Of a DNA stretch of 64,000 nt, positions 1-10,900 are shown piece after piece (within the stretch, counting starts at the first letter, position 1; every line of letters starts with the position of its first letter). The position numbers and the translations under genes are program-made. Source of the stretch: a virus; the IMG/VR virus record IMGVR_UViG_3300043607_000039, positions 1 to 64,000 of that record; one strand, 5' to 3'. The notes under the pieces were generated by a model that worked only from the letters and a program-made list of their open reading frames with translations, ran no database searches and was not told the origin of the DNA.

Positions 1-1
1 C

Positions 2-217
2 GTCCCAGTAGAAGCCATTAGGGCAATTGGCGCACTGTCGGCCACAGGGGCGGACTGTCAGTTCACACAGTCCGAACTGGCGCCCAGTCGCCGCCCACAC
101 AAGGGTCTTTGCGTAATCAAGAGCTTGCGTCTGAAGGGCCGGACTGTAGTCATCCCAGTCCGGGCAGCACAGCTGGGTGAGATCAGGCCAGGTGCATGGC
201 CCGCTATCTATTGGCAT
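2..217 (-). CDS. Head-to-tail adaptor, N-terminal part (runs off the window edge)
   Basis: Manual translation MPIDSGPCTW...LVWAATGRQFGLCELTVRPC; follows the tail-tube gene; not in the ORF track. Confidence 0.6.
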   Translation of the reverse strand, partial: MPIDSGPCTWPDLTQLCCPDWDDYSPALQTQALDYAKTLVWAATGRQFGLCELTVRPCGRQCANCPNGFYWD

Positions 218-307
218 GCACCTGGCCCTTTCTTCCGTGTTGTTGCTTCAGCAACTAATGCGTCGTTGCTTGCACATTAACTGGCTTAACGCACTGTTGC
301 TTCAGCA

Positions 308-1003
308 TTAGACAGCGGCACATCCACACGCGGAAGCAGGTGGTGCCAACCGGGTGATGAACATGCGGTGGTGCTGCACGTTGGTGATCGGGGTGAGCAT
401 CGGGATCGGGTTGTTCAACGTACCTGATGCATCAGAGAGGTCAACGTTGTACGGACCCACACCCCAGAGGGAGTCGCCATGGGTCCTTGCATTGATAACG
501 AAGTTCGCGACACCGTTCTCCAGTGTCATGTCACCAATTGTTCCCTCAACGACCCAGGGGAAGAGGACATAGCCGTACTCGACGCCACCCGTGCACAGAA
601 CGCCAGTGCCCGACAGGCGAGTCCAGCCTTCGAATGCAAAGTTGACGTTAGCCGCGGACCCCTCGGTCGTTGACCAACCGATCTTCTTGGCCTGAGCCGA
701 GTCGTCGCTGTAGAGCGGCTCCGCGGCCATGATGTTGATAATGTCCGGATCGACGTTGCAGAAGGTGATGACCAAGTCGATCCACTTCAGGATCGGGGCC
801 GTGGTCTCCCGCACACAGAAGGTGCCGTCACCGTTCTTGATGAAGAACTCTTCGCGGTCCTCGTAGTTCTTGGTCATGGCGACGGAGATGATGCCGTCGG
901 TCACGACCTGCGAGCAGGAACCAGTGACGACCTGACCACAGGAGTTCAACCTCGTGGCCCTGACGCGAGGGATCTTGAATGGGGTGAAACAAACAGTGGT
1001 CAT
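308..1003 (-). CDS. Major tail (tube) protein
   Basis: RVRATRLNSCG motif; position downstream of the capsid genes as in actinophage siphoviruses. Confidence 0.65.
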   Translation of the reverse strand: MTTVCFTPFKIPRVRATRLNSCGQVVTGSCSQVVTDGIISVAMTKNYEDREEFFIKNGDGTFCVRETTAPILKWIDLVITFCNVDPDIINIMAAEPLYSDDSAQAKKIGWSTTEGSAANVNFAFEGWTRLSGTGVLCTGGVEYGYVLFPWVVEGTIGDMTLENGVANFVINARTHGDSLWGVGPYNVDLSDASGTLNNPIPMLTPITNVQHHRMFITRLAPPASACGCAAV

Positions 1004-1215
1004 GAGGCATCCTCGCCATCAGAAGCGGAGGTCGTTTGCTGACTAATTGCTTGCTGGTACCACACCTCGGCGACTTCGGGATGGGCGTGAATAACGCGCC
1101 CGTGCTCGTCGTCGGTGACCTCAATCAGGTTCGGATCGGCCGCCACCGCGAATAGCTCGCGTAGCACCTGTGGGAGTAGATCCGGCTCCACGGAGATCAC
1201 GGTGTAGTTCCGCAT
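1000..1215 (-). CDS. Small virion-module protein
   Basis: 71 aa, overlaps both neighbours. Confidence 0.6.
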   Translation of the reverse strand: MRNYTVISVEPDLLPQVLRELFAVAADPNLIEVTDDEHGRVIHAHPEVAEVWYQQAISQQTTSASDGEDAS

Positions 1216-2069
1216 TACTGGTCCGTGGTCGCGAGCGTTACCTCGACCGCGGCCACATAGCAGTCGAAGGTGAGGACGTACTCACGCTCCATGACTGTGG
1301 TGATGACGTTGGTCGTCCGGTTGATGACCTGACCCATAGGCGGCACGAACAGCTGCGAGTCCGGGGTGCGCCAGATAGCCACCTGGCCCGTGATGTACAG
1401 CCACGCGTTCCCGGCGCCGGCCGCCTGGCCAGTGGGGCCTAGGCCGGCATAGTTGCCGAAAGAGACCGCTGTCTTGGTGTCGGTACGCCAGACGTTGTCC
1501 TGCTCCTTGAGTACGACGTGCGACCCAGTGAAGTAGGGCGCCGCCAACATGGGGGCGTGAATCACGCCAGGGCGTCCGTACCGGCCGTAGAGCCAGGACT
1601 CCAGCATCCCGACCGCCCGGACGATGCCGATGGCCGAGCCCAGGTTAACTACGGCTGCATTGCCCGACAGTCCGGGGAACTGACCGAAGCCTTGGGTGGA
1701 GAAGATACTTTCGACCGTGGCTTGTTCGCCAGCGACCAGCTGGTCGTACAGGAACTTTTTGACGCGCTCGTCGTCCCAGTTGACCAGACCAACGGTGTCG
1801 CAGCGGATAGCCGAGTAGACAACGAACGGTGCCCCGGTAACGACCGTGACTCCGCTGCTTATGACCTTCTCGGCGTGCGACGCCTGGCAGTTGATCTCGT
1901 AGCCAACCGGCAGTACGCAGTTGGAGATCTCGTACTGGACGCCGCCGCTGCGCGCATTGATCGGGAGATCAAGTGGGCCAGTGGCCACGTTGAACAGGCC
2001 GTACCGGGGCACGGCCGGATTGGGTGCCGGTACATAAACCGGTCCGGTCAAACTCGCCATTGTTCCCAC
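1215..2069 (-). CDS. Minor capsid/decoration protein
   Basis: Directly after the major capsid gene; GAGG RBS upstream. Confidence 0.55.
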   Translation of the reverse strand: MGTMASLTGPVYVPAPNPAVPRYGLFNVATGPLDLPINARSGGVQYEISNCVLPVGYEINCQASHAEKVISSGVTVVTGAPFVVYSAIRCDTVGLVNWDDERVKKFLYDQLVAGEQATVESIFSTQGFGQFPGLSGNAAVVNLGSAIGIVRAVGMLESWLYGRYGRPGVIHAPMLAAPYFTGSHVVLKEQDNVWRTDTKTAVSFGNYAGLGPTGQAAGAGNAWLYITGQVAIWRTPDSQLFVPPMGQVINRTTNVITTVMEREYVLTFDCYVAAVEVTLATTDQ

Positions 2070-2085
2070 CTCCCTCTCAGGTCAG

Positions 2086-2115
2086 GAGGGGCTGGACCTG
2101 GCGGCCCAGCCCCTT
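2086..2115 (-). terminator. Stem-loop after the major capsid gene
   Basis: GAGGGGCTGG...CCAGCCCCTT inverted repeat. Confidence 0.5.
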
Positions 2116-2126
2116 GTCAGGCCTGA

Positions 2127-3800
2127 TTAGCAGGTCACCGCGCGCTGGACGCCGGTGGAACCGTTCGGGCAAATGGCGATCGTGTAGACGCGACTGATTG
2201 GGCAGAACCGCATCGCTCGGAACCCGTCTTCAAGGAAGAGCTGGGTCACCTTGTTGGTGGCGAGGTTGGTGCTGTCGTAGATCGTGTCGAGCCGGATGAC
2301 GTCCTGACGAGCCACGACCCAGGTGCCGGCCGGGTAGATCAGGAAGGACACGCTGATCGGCAGAGCACAGATCGGGGTGTCCGAACCGGGGAACGGGCCA
2401 CCGGAGACGCCGGTCGAGGTGAACGAGTCCTGCCAGTCATAGACCCACTGGGCGCGGGCGTTACGGGTCCGGAGCAGGGAGTCGATCATGCTGTCAGCCA
2501 GGTCCGGGTCCATCGGACCGTTGCGCCGGATCCAGTCAGCCCGCAGCTGGCCCTTCAGCCAGTAGGGGAAGACGACCTCAAGGGTCTGGTTGCGCTGGAG
2601 ACGCAGCCGGTACTGGATGTCGATGACCGCAACGTCCACGGCCTCCATCACCTGGGACACGACCGAACCGTCCGACGCCCACGGGGCGCAGGTCATGGCG
2701 ACCGCGGTCGAGTCGGTGACCATGTCGGCGATGATCTGCCGGTTCACGTTGTGGGCCTGGGCCGCGATGGCACCCTGCACGAACTCGCTCACGAACTCGG
2801 GGTAGCCCCGGTTCTGGAGGATGTCACCGGTGAGGCAGAGCGCCGCAACCTTGAGCCGGTCATCCACGAACGAGGGGCAGGGGATGGACACACAGGTCTT
2901 CGTGGTGTCCGAAATGACCTGAGCCTCGGTGAGGATGTTGAAGCCGGTGCCCGAACCGAAGATCGTGTCGAACTGGATGCCCTGGTTGTGCCGGATGCCA
3001 CCACGACGGGCGCCGATCTCGGGGACCGAGAGCAGACCGTCGGTGGTGATCTGGTTGCAGGTGGTGTAGATCGTCTCGGACGGAGCACACCAGCCGACGC
3101 CGGCCAGGAGGGATCCGCCGGGGAGGCGGCTCTCGTCCCGAGCGAAGTCGATCTTCTTCATGATCGAGATGTCGTCGTCACCGTCGCTGATGGACAGTTC
3201 GTTCGAGAACTCGCGCTTGATCGTGGCAACCGTGGACTGCTGGGCAGTACCACCGCTGTGGGTGTGCGACCGGGCGACGAACGCCTTGGCCACGTCCAAC
3301 CAGCCATCCAGCTCCGAACCAGCCGAGAAGCCGGTGTCGGCCGCGGCGAGGATCTTGAACTGCGGCCCGTCGCCCTCACTGTTCACGATCTCGCCCTCGA
3401 TCACCTGGGTAGTAGAAGCGGCGATCTCGGTGACCGTTGGAACGCGGCCCACGCTCATCTCCGTGCTCTTGGCCCTGTCGGCCTTCTTGGCGGCCGGAGT
3501 CTCGGCCTCTTCCTCGATCTCGGCGTCGGCCACGTCGTCCTCAACATCGTCCTCAGCCTTCATTGGGGCGAGGGCGTTGAAGCGTGACTGGCGCGACTTG
3601 CGCTTGGAAAGCTCGTCGTCGATCAGAACCATGAAGGACTTAAGGTCTTCCATGTCATCGAGGTCGGTGTCGGAAACGGTCTCGGGGGTAAGTGACTCGC
3701 GAAGGGAGTCGTAGGCCGCAGCCGCCTCAAGGCCAAGGTCACGGAGGGCCGCGACAGTGAACCGGGGCAGACTGTTGGCCTCTGGAATCTCGAATTCCAT
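2127..3800 (-). CDS. Major capsid protein with N-terminal scaffold-like domain
   Basis: GWCAPSETIY motif; acidic/coiled N-terminus; start moved to ATG 3800 (GAGAGG RBS). Confidence 0.85.
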   Translation of the reverse strand: MEFEIPEANSLPRFTVAALRDLGLEAAAAYDSLRESLTPETVSDTDLDDMEDLKSFMVLIDDELSKRKSRQSRFNALAPMKAEDDVEDDVADAEIEEEAETPAAKKADRAKSTEMSVGRVPTVTEIAASTTQVIEGEIVNSEGDGPQFKILAAADTGFSAGSELDGWLDVAKAFVARSHTHSGGTAQQSTVATIKREFSNELSISDGDDDISIMKKIDFARDESRLPGGSLLAGVGWCAPSETIYTTCNQITTDGLLSVPEIGARRGGIRHNQGIQFDTIFGSGTGFNILTEAQVISDTTKTCVSIPCPSFVDDRLKVAALCLTGDILQNRGYPEFVSEFVQGAIAAQAHNVNRQIIADMVTDSTAVAMTCAPWASDGSVVSQVMEAVDVAVIDIQYRLRLQRNQTLEVVFPYWLKGQLRADWIRRNGPMDPDLADSMIDSLLRTRNARAQWVYDWQDSFTSTGVSGGPFPGSDTPICALPISVSFLIYPAGTWVVARQDVIRLDTIYDSTNLATNKVTQLFLEDGFRAMRFCPISRVYTIAICPNGSTGVQRAVTC

Positions 3801-3933
3801 GTGGGATGGCCTCTCGGAAAAGTGCGTTTGTTCAGCACACAGCTGCAACATTTTCCGGGCGGCCCACAGCTACAGCCCCGACTCGATTGAACGCAGTGTA
3901 GATCTACACCATTTGAAGAAGCAAGTAACCTCG

Positions 3934-4083
3934 TTACTTCTTCTTCACGTCGATACGGCCGCCATGACGAGTAACCGCAATATCGGCCGCCACCTTGGAA
4001 GAGAATTCCTCAGTCTGGCCATTGGCCTTAGTGACCACATAGCTCTCGGCGTGGTTCCCGCCGCTCTTACCGCAGTTACACAT
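3934..4083 (-). CDS. Small Cys-tipped protein (MCNCGK..., 49 aa)
   Basis: Manual translation; AAGGGGA RBS; directly upstream of the capsid gene. Confidence 0.65.
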   Translation of the reverse strand: MCNCGKSGGNHAESYVVTKANGQTEEFSSKVAADIAVTRHGGRIDVKKK

Positions 4084-4519
4084 TTGACTTCCCCTTCAAT
4101 CTGTAGAAATGAGCAAGTGCCCTATCGCGGGCGCACTGCTTGCAGCCTCGACGGCGTCCCTCTGCGTCCCATTGTGCAGCCTCGGGACTGGTTAAATCGT
4201 GTAGACCCTTCCGGCAGACGCTCAGTCTTGTTCGACGTTTGTTTTCCGCGGGGCTCACGGCTTCGAGGTGGTCCGGGTTAAGGCACAGGATGTTTCGGCA
4301 AAGATGATCTACCTCGTGACCGACCGGTATTTCGCCCTTGTAGATTCGGTAGGACAGCAGGTGGACGTACTCACCGTGACTCTTCGATCGCCTCAGCGGA
4401 CGTTCTACGTATGTCACGCCGTACTTGGTCTTGCTTCCAGCCCTACGCCCCGTCCATGTCCAGCAGCCAGGCACGAGATCAAAGGACACTTTGGCTACCC
4501 TCTTGGCGCTCAGTAACAA
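4076..4519 (-). CDS. HNH homing endonuclease
   Basis: EVDHLCRNILCLNPDHLEAV..EN motif. Confidence 0.85.
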   Translation of the reverse strand: MLLSAKRVAKVSFDLVPGCWTWTGRRAGSKTKYGVTYVERPLRRSKSHGEYVHLLSYRIYKGEIPVGHEVDHLCRNILCLNPDHLEAVSPAENKRRTRLSVCRKGLHDLTSPEAAQWDAEGRRRGCKQCARDRALAHFYRLKGKSNV

Positions 4520-4531
4520 GGGATCCAGAGT

Positions 4532-4750
4532 TCACTCACCTCGCTCCTGAAGCGTGGCGTAGCCATTTGACCAGCCTGCCATCTTATTGAACACCTCTTC
4601 AGCGGGATGATCCATCAACCACTTCGAAATGACTGACCGAACACCGTTTCCCTGGAAGGTGACTTGGCCGTCATCGCGCAATGTGGCTGTATCTCCGGTC
4701 GCCTTTGCCGGTGAGACCGTCTCGTCAATCAGTTCCAGAACCCGTACCAC
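4532..4750 (-). CDS. Hypothetical protein
   Basis: 72 aa with GGGAG RBS. Confidence 0.55.
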   Translation of the reverse strand: MVRVLELIDETVSPAKATGDTATLRDDGQVTFQGNGVRSVISKWLMDHPAEEVFNKMAGWSNGYATLQERGE

Positions 4751-4776
4751 GTCAGCTCCCCTGCGATACTGGGCTC

Positions 4777-4953
4777 ATGACCGAGCCGAACACTCTGCCC
4801 GAGAACGTCAAAAGCGAAACGATCGAGTTCCACGACGCCAAGGGCTTCCCGACCGAGGACCGCAAGGTTGCCGTGTCCGCCGAGGTCACCACCACGTACA
4901 AGGACGGTCGGGTTGAGCATTCGCTCCTGCGCCTGACTCCTAAGGCCAAGTAG
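4777..4953 (+). CDS. Small protein antisense to the virion operon, leaderless
   Basis: MTEPNTLPE..., 58 aa; TG-n-GATACT extended -10 six nt before the ATG. Confidence 0.6.
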   Translation: MTEPNTLPENVKSETIEFHDAKGFPTEDRKVAVSAEVTTTYKDGRVEHSLLRLTPKAK

Positions 4954-4954
4954 C

Positions 4955-7900
4955 TCATCCTCGGGCCCTGGCAATGTCGGCACGCTGCTGCTCAGCAAGC
5001 TCAGGGAACAGCTTGTCGAGCACTGCCGCCCGCTCCGGGAACAGGTCACGGAAGTACACGTCGCCGCTCCAGCCGCTGCCATTGGTGAGGGTGCCGGTGC
5101 CAACGACGCCCAACATGTACAGCCGGATGGACTCCGCGTAGTCCTCCTGAGGATCGGATGTTGCGTACGGCGTGACCCCGTAGGTGAAGTTTCCCCGCGG
5201 GAATGTGGACTCGAACTCGGAAGCCTTCGTCGGCTTGAAGTCGGTAATCCGCTCATTTGGGTTAGGACTCTTGGTCGCGGCCTTGACCCAGGCGGCACTC
5301 TGGGAGCCGTAGACCGGCGATGTGGTGTCGACGTTGTGGCCGAATTCATGGTTGAGGTCGCCGTCGAGGTGATCTCCACTTCCTTCTCCGTCATGCCAGA
5401 CGATCGTGTTACCGAACGAGGCTGACGCCGCAGTGCGCAGTGGCTCCTGGTCGGGGCCCAGCAGGCCCCACTTCTCTTGCCATTGCCCCTCACGAGGGTG
5501 GCCGCCCTGCACCATCACGTAGGAACGCTGGTACCGGCTGGCCCCTGGCGGCAAGTTATTGGCGTGCGCGATAAGCCTGTTCACGCCGACAGCTGCGCGC
5601 TGCCTCTCCTCTGGGGTGTCTCCGTGCTCCACGACGTAGACGACACCGTTGCGGCGCCAGGCAGTGCCGGACCCAACCTTGTATCCAACCGAGAGGGTCA
5701 GGTCACGGACGTTGGTGCCCTGGGGCCAGGTGTCCTCTTCCAGGATGCTGTCCACGGTGCGGTCGCCGCCGAGCCGGCCGGTGATGGCTCGACTACTGCT
5801 GGCTGGCACTGCGGACGAGGCCGGTCGGGCAATCCGCTCCAACAGTGACGGACGCCGGGGGGCGGCGATCTTGGGCCGGTCGCCTGTTCCGAGCTGCTTC
5901 TCTCCCGACCACGACGAGCCGTTCATGATGGAGCGGCCCAGTTCCCCCTGGTCCGAGATCTCCTTCGGTGTGGGCCAGTCCTTCATGTCTTGCTCCACGA
6001 ACCGGTCCAACCATCCGGACAGGACTTCGCGCTCCTCGGGGGTAGCCCGACTGAACGCTTGGCCAATGCGTGATGGCACGTCGCCAGCAGCGCCACGTCG
6101 GTCGGTCTGCCAGCGGAAGTCTCGACGAGCTGAGGCAAGCCCACCGTTGAAGGCAGGGCTGATGGTGGCCCGGGTGAAGCCGAGGTCGGCTAGCCTCCGG
6201 TCCTGCTGGTCATTGAACCGGGTACTCAGACCCTGCTGTTGCTGGGCCTTTTCGAGGGCGAACATGTCATTGTGGACGGTTCCCGTAGCTGGGTAGAGCA
6301 CGCGCCGGAAACCACCAACGATCCCCCCGTCCCCGTCCTTAACATCGCCTTCGACTCGAATGACTGGGTTACCGTCAATGTCCTTGTAGACGAACGATCG
6401 CTCAGGGTCCACGCGGAAGGACTTGCCGTCGTCGTCCACGTCGAAGGCGCTTGTAATGGCCTGACGCTGAGCCTCCGGCATGTCGCTCAGGTACTTCTGT
6501 CCATCGTCATCGAAGCCATTCGCTGCCAGCTCGCGCACGGTCGCCTTGTCGGTCAGCTTGACCTGTGGCCCCTCGGGCTCACGTAGGCGAGGAGACTCCG
6601 TCGAGCGACCATCAGGCTTGGATGCCCGGATGCTGTCCAAGACGTCAGTGAACAGCTTCCTGATGCGGGTCTTTGCCTCAACGAATTCCTGGTACTCGTC
6701 GGACTGGTCGTCGCTGAATGGCGACTTGTATCGACCCGTCGCCGGGTCAATGACGCCATTGTTCTTCCAGGCATCCGTCATCCGGTTCATTGTGTACTCG
6801 ACGCTGTCAAAGTCCGTGGTCGCTTCGCCCGCACGAATCCGGTCCCGGATGCCTTCCAACACGTCCTTGGGCGATCCGCGACCACCCATGCGGTCGACGT
6901 ACATCGCCGCCGCCGGCCCATCGAGCCCGTCGCCAACACGCAGAGCCTCGTCGATGGCGCTTTCGATTACCTGACGCTGCCCGGCCTTGGTCCGGACGTT
7001 GGGCTTCTTCGCGGGGGCGGCCTTCTTGGCTGCCGGCGTCGGTGCTGATACGCCGTCTGACGGAGTCGCCCGGTCCACGGCAGTGTCGTGGTCCACCTCT
7101 CGCCGTCCGAGCCGCTCACGCCAGTACTCGTTGCGCTGACCGGGAGTCAAGGTACGAAGCTCAGCCTTCTGGTCCCGGTTCAGGGCCTTGGTGAGCTTGG
7201 CCTTCTTCTCCGCATCCACGCCCTCCAGCCGTGCACGAGCAGCTGCTACAGCCGGACCCTCAGGGACTCGGGGCGCCCGTGTAGTCGCCTTAGCTGGTGC
7301 AGCCTTTTTCGCAGCCCGAGCACCTGGGGCACCCGGTGCGTCACTGGCCCGCTTGATCAAAGCCTCAAGGCGGCCATGAGCGGCGTCGTACCAGGCCTCA
7401 CGGTCCAGGCGCTGGAACTGAGGCTTCATAGCCTCCAGCTCCTTGCGGACGTCGGTCAGCTCGGCAGTGGTGAACTCGTTGCGGTCTAACCACTGGCCAC
7501 CCGTGATCAGGGTGACCCCCATCGTGTCCTTGGTTTCCAGTGAACGGTAAGGATAGGCCGCGCGGAATGGGTCATTGAAGTGGTTGCCGTCCGGCAGGAT
7601 CTCGCCGTCAGGGCCGTACTTGGGCTCGTCATCGAAGGCCAGGCTGTTGTCGAAGCCAACCGGCCTACCATCAACGATCATCCAGTTGTTGTTGTGACGG
7701 TCGCTGTTGCCAGCGATGGCGTCGAGGATCGCCATACGGCGCCCCTCGGGGGTGTGGACCGCGGCGTCAATCTCCTCTGGCGTGTGCTTCTCGGCCTGCG
7801 TTCCCTGGATCTCGTCCATGAACACAGTTCGGTCAGTGGGCCGGTAGACCGCGGCCTGTGGGGCACCAGTTCGGCGGCCCAGCTCGGAGGTGAGCTGCTC

Positions 7901-10900
7901 GCCGTCGGCCTGCTGCTCGCCCGACATGAACCAGTCGCTGGACATCCGCTTACGGATGATCTTTTTGCCGTCGGGGCCTTCGACTCTGGCGACCTGGCCC
8001 ATGCTGCCGGTGGAGATGTAGCTCCGGTCCGTGAGGCCTGCGTCGAAGGCGTCCTTCAGTGCCTGGACCTCGGGGTCCAGGTCGACGTGGTGATCTCCCA
8101 CGGGTCCGTCGCCCACGATCATGTCAATGAGCTGAGGCTTAGTGATCGAGGACGGCTTCTTCATCCCCGGTGGCAGCTCGTCGAGCAGCTCCCTCATGGT
8201 CTTGGACTCAAGCTGCTCGCGTCGCTCCTGGCCAAAGGGCTCTGCGATACCGAGACGACGCCGGATATCCTTCATCACCTTGTTGCGGAGGACGTCGAAC
8301 TTGTCCCCCTTGGTGTTCTCTAGATGCAGGGCGTCAGCAACGTCTCGCAGCTCATTGGGGCGCAGCTTTCGGCTCAGCGTGTCCGCCCGGTCCAGACCGC
8401 GAGGTGTCAGGTAGGCCGCCCGATCGGAGGAATTGAAGTCGCGCAGCAGCTCGAAGCCAGCGTGGTAGTTGTCGCCAATGACGCTGCGACGTGTCTCGAC
8501 GTCGGCAAACGGCTTGTCTGGAGTCGGTGTCGGACGTGACGAAAGGTCACCATCGCCGCCGCCACGAACCGACCGGAGCACTGGCCGCTGGAGCGTGACC
8601 ACTGTGGACTCAGTGGCTTCCGGCGTGACGTCCTTGTTCTCCTTGAAGGTGCTCTCGTACCACTCGCGGAGCTGCTTGCGGGGCCGCTCATCCGGACCGA
8701 CTCCGGCTCCGGCGAGCGCGGCGTCGGTCCGCTTGTAGGCGTCGGGCACCTTGTGGTGCTGGTCCTCGGTCCGGACCGAACGGTCCAGTTCGGCCAGGCT
8801 GTTGGACGGCACTCCGCGGCCCAGCTTGCTCTCGGCACCCAGGAAAATGCTCGTGGGTACGCCGTCGCCGGAGTTCCACTTCTCCGGGTCGGCCACCACG
8901 CCAGCCCTCGGAGCCGGGGCGGCCGGCGCCTTGTCGTTGAAGTACATCCCGGGGGTGTGGATCTCGGCCAGTTCGCCCGGCTGCACGCTGGCGCCGTCGA
9001 GCAGGTCGTGCTTGTCCGGGTCATAGGTGACCTGGTCCCCGTCGTTGCCGTCGACCGTGATGCCACGGCTCTCCAGGTGCTTACGCAGCCGGGCCTGGAA
9101 CTTGGCGGCCGTGTCGTTGTCGCTGACCTTCAGCGTCTTGCGCAGGTCCTCGTAGCCCTGGGTGTTGTGGTCGGACTTGTTGTCGATGTCTCCTACGGGC
9201 GTCTTCTTGAGCCGGTCGGCCACGGCCGTGCGGAACTCGGCCTGGCTCCGGTCGTTGCGCCGGGCCGCGATGATCTGCTCTAGCTCGGAGGCGAGCTGGG
9301 CAGTTCCACCGGCACGCTGCCGGCGGGCGCCGGCCTCCCGGGCCTGGAGCCGCTTGCGGGCGTTCTCCGTGGCGTCCGGGCTCGGCTGAGTCAGTTGGGA
9401 CTCTGAGGGGACGTCGGCCTTCTCGACCGGGCGCGGTGGAAGCTCGCGGTCACCCTTGCGGGGCTCCCCGGGACGCAGAGTCCCCTCGCGAACGACCACA
9501 GGACCGTCGCCATCCTCGACCCTGTCAGCCAGGGCCCGAATGCGGTCGGTCTCCAGATCGGCTGCCCTGCGACGTTCCACGTCACTGGCGTCGGTGGAGT
9601 AGCCCTCAGTCTGGACGGCGCCCGCCCGACGTCGGATCTGGATAGCGGCGGCCCGCCGTGAAATACGACCCTCGTCGGCTGCCTTTGCCAACTCCTCGGG
9701 TGGCGCGCTGTACGCCTCCTTCTGCGTCAGCTGCTTGGGGGCTGCTGCCTTCTTGGTGGGCGCGGCTTTCTTGACCGGTGCCGCTGAAGGCGCACTAGTC
9801 TCACCATCCCGACCTAGTACCCGATAGGGGATTCCGGCGTCGTCGAGCTTCTTCGCGATTGCCGGGGACGGCTGCTCAGGGAACACGACCTCTGCGATGT
9901 CGTCCTTGGTGACGCCGCCATGGATCTGTGCCTCGACGTAATGTGACCGCGTCCAGTCTGGGCTGTCCATTGCGTCGAGCTTGTTGATGCCGAGCGAGTC
10001 GGCTGAAGGGTTGTCCACTGGAGACGGTCGCACGAAGGGAAGCTCGTCGAGACTGTCGCCCACCGAGGCCGTCGTCCGAGACCGAACGTCTGGCTTCAGG
10101 ATGACCTGCACCCGTCCATACGGACTTAGTGAATCTTCCTGACCCTCGCGCTGCGAGATGCCCGAGATCTTCCGTCCCCCTGGTAGCGCCGGCTCGACGC
10201 CGTTGACGGCCACGTAGCCGTACACCGGCCGCTTGTCCGGTGCTGTGTCGACCGGAGTACCCAGGACGTGTTCACCAAGACGACGACGCTCAGGGCTGGA
10301 GTCCAGACCTGGAGCCCGACGTGCGCCCCGGTCGAACTGCGTCTTGAAGCGACCGTTCGACAGGATGTCGTCCAGGGCGTCCTCGTCCCGCACCCGGACT
10401 GCAATGGGCTTGTCGGCGAACTTCTCCTTCAGTCGTGCTGCCACCTTCGCCCGGTACGCGGCCGGCGTATCGCCGGCTGCCTTGGCATCCTTGTCGAGAC
10501 GGCGACGGATCTGTGTCTCCTGGGCGACGTGCTCAACGAACGCCGGTTCACGCTTGTGAACGTCGTCCAGCCACTCGGCGTCCTCCTTGCCCAGGTTGCC
10601 CGACGTTGCGACCCGTCCGTGCCGATCCTGCACTGTGGCGTAGATCTGCGGGTCCTGGCGGATGAGCCGGCGAACGCGGGCCTGGTCCTCGCGACTCAGG
10701 TCGGTAGATGGACCGCCGGCTGGGACTGCACGAACTGCTTGCGGGGCCGCAGGTGCAGCGGCCTTCATTGGAGCAGCGGGTGCTCCGCCCTCCGGCTCAC
10801 GGATGCCCTTGATGATCCGGTCGATCCGCGTGTCCCGGTCCATGCTGCTTAGGACTGGGATACTGGCCGCATCGGCGATGTCCTCCAGCTTCTGGTCAGA

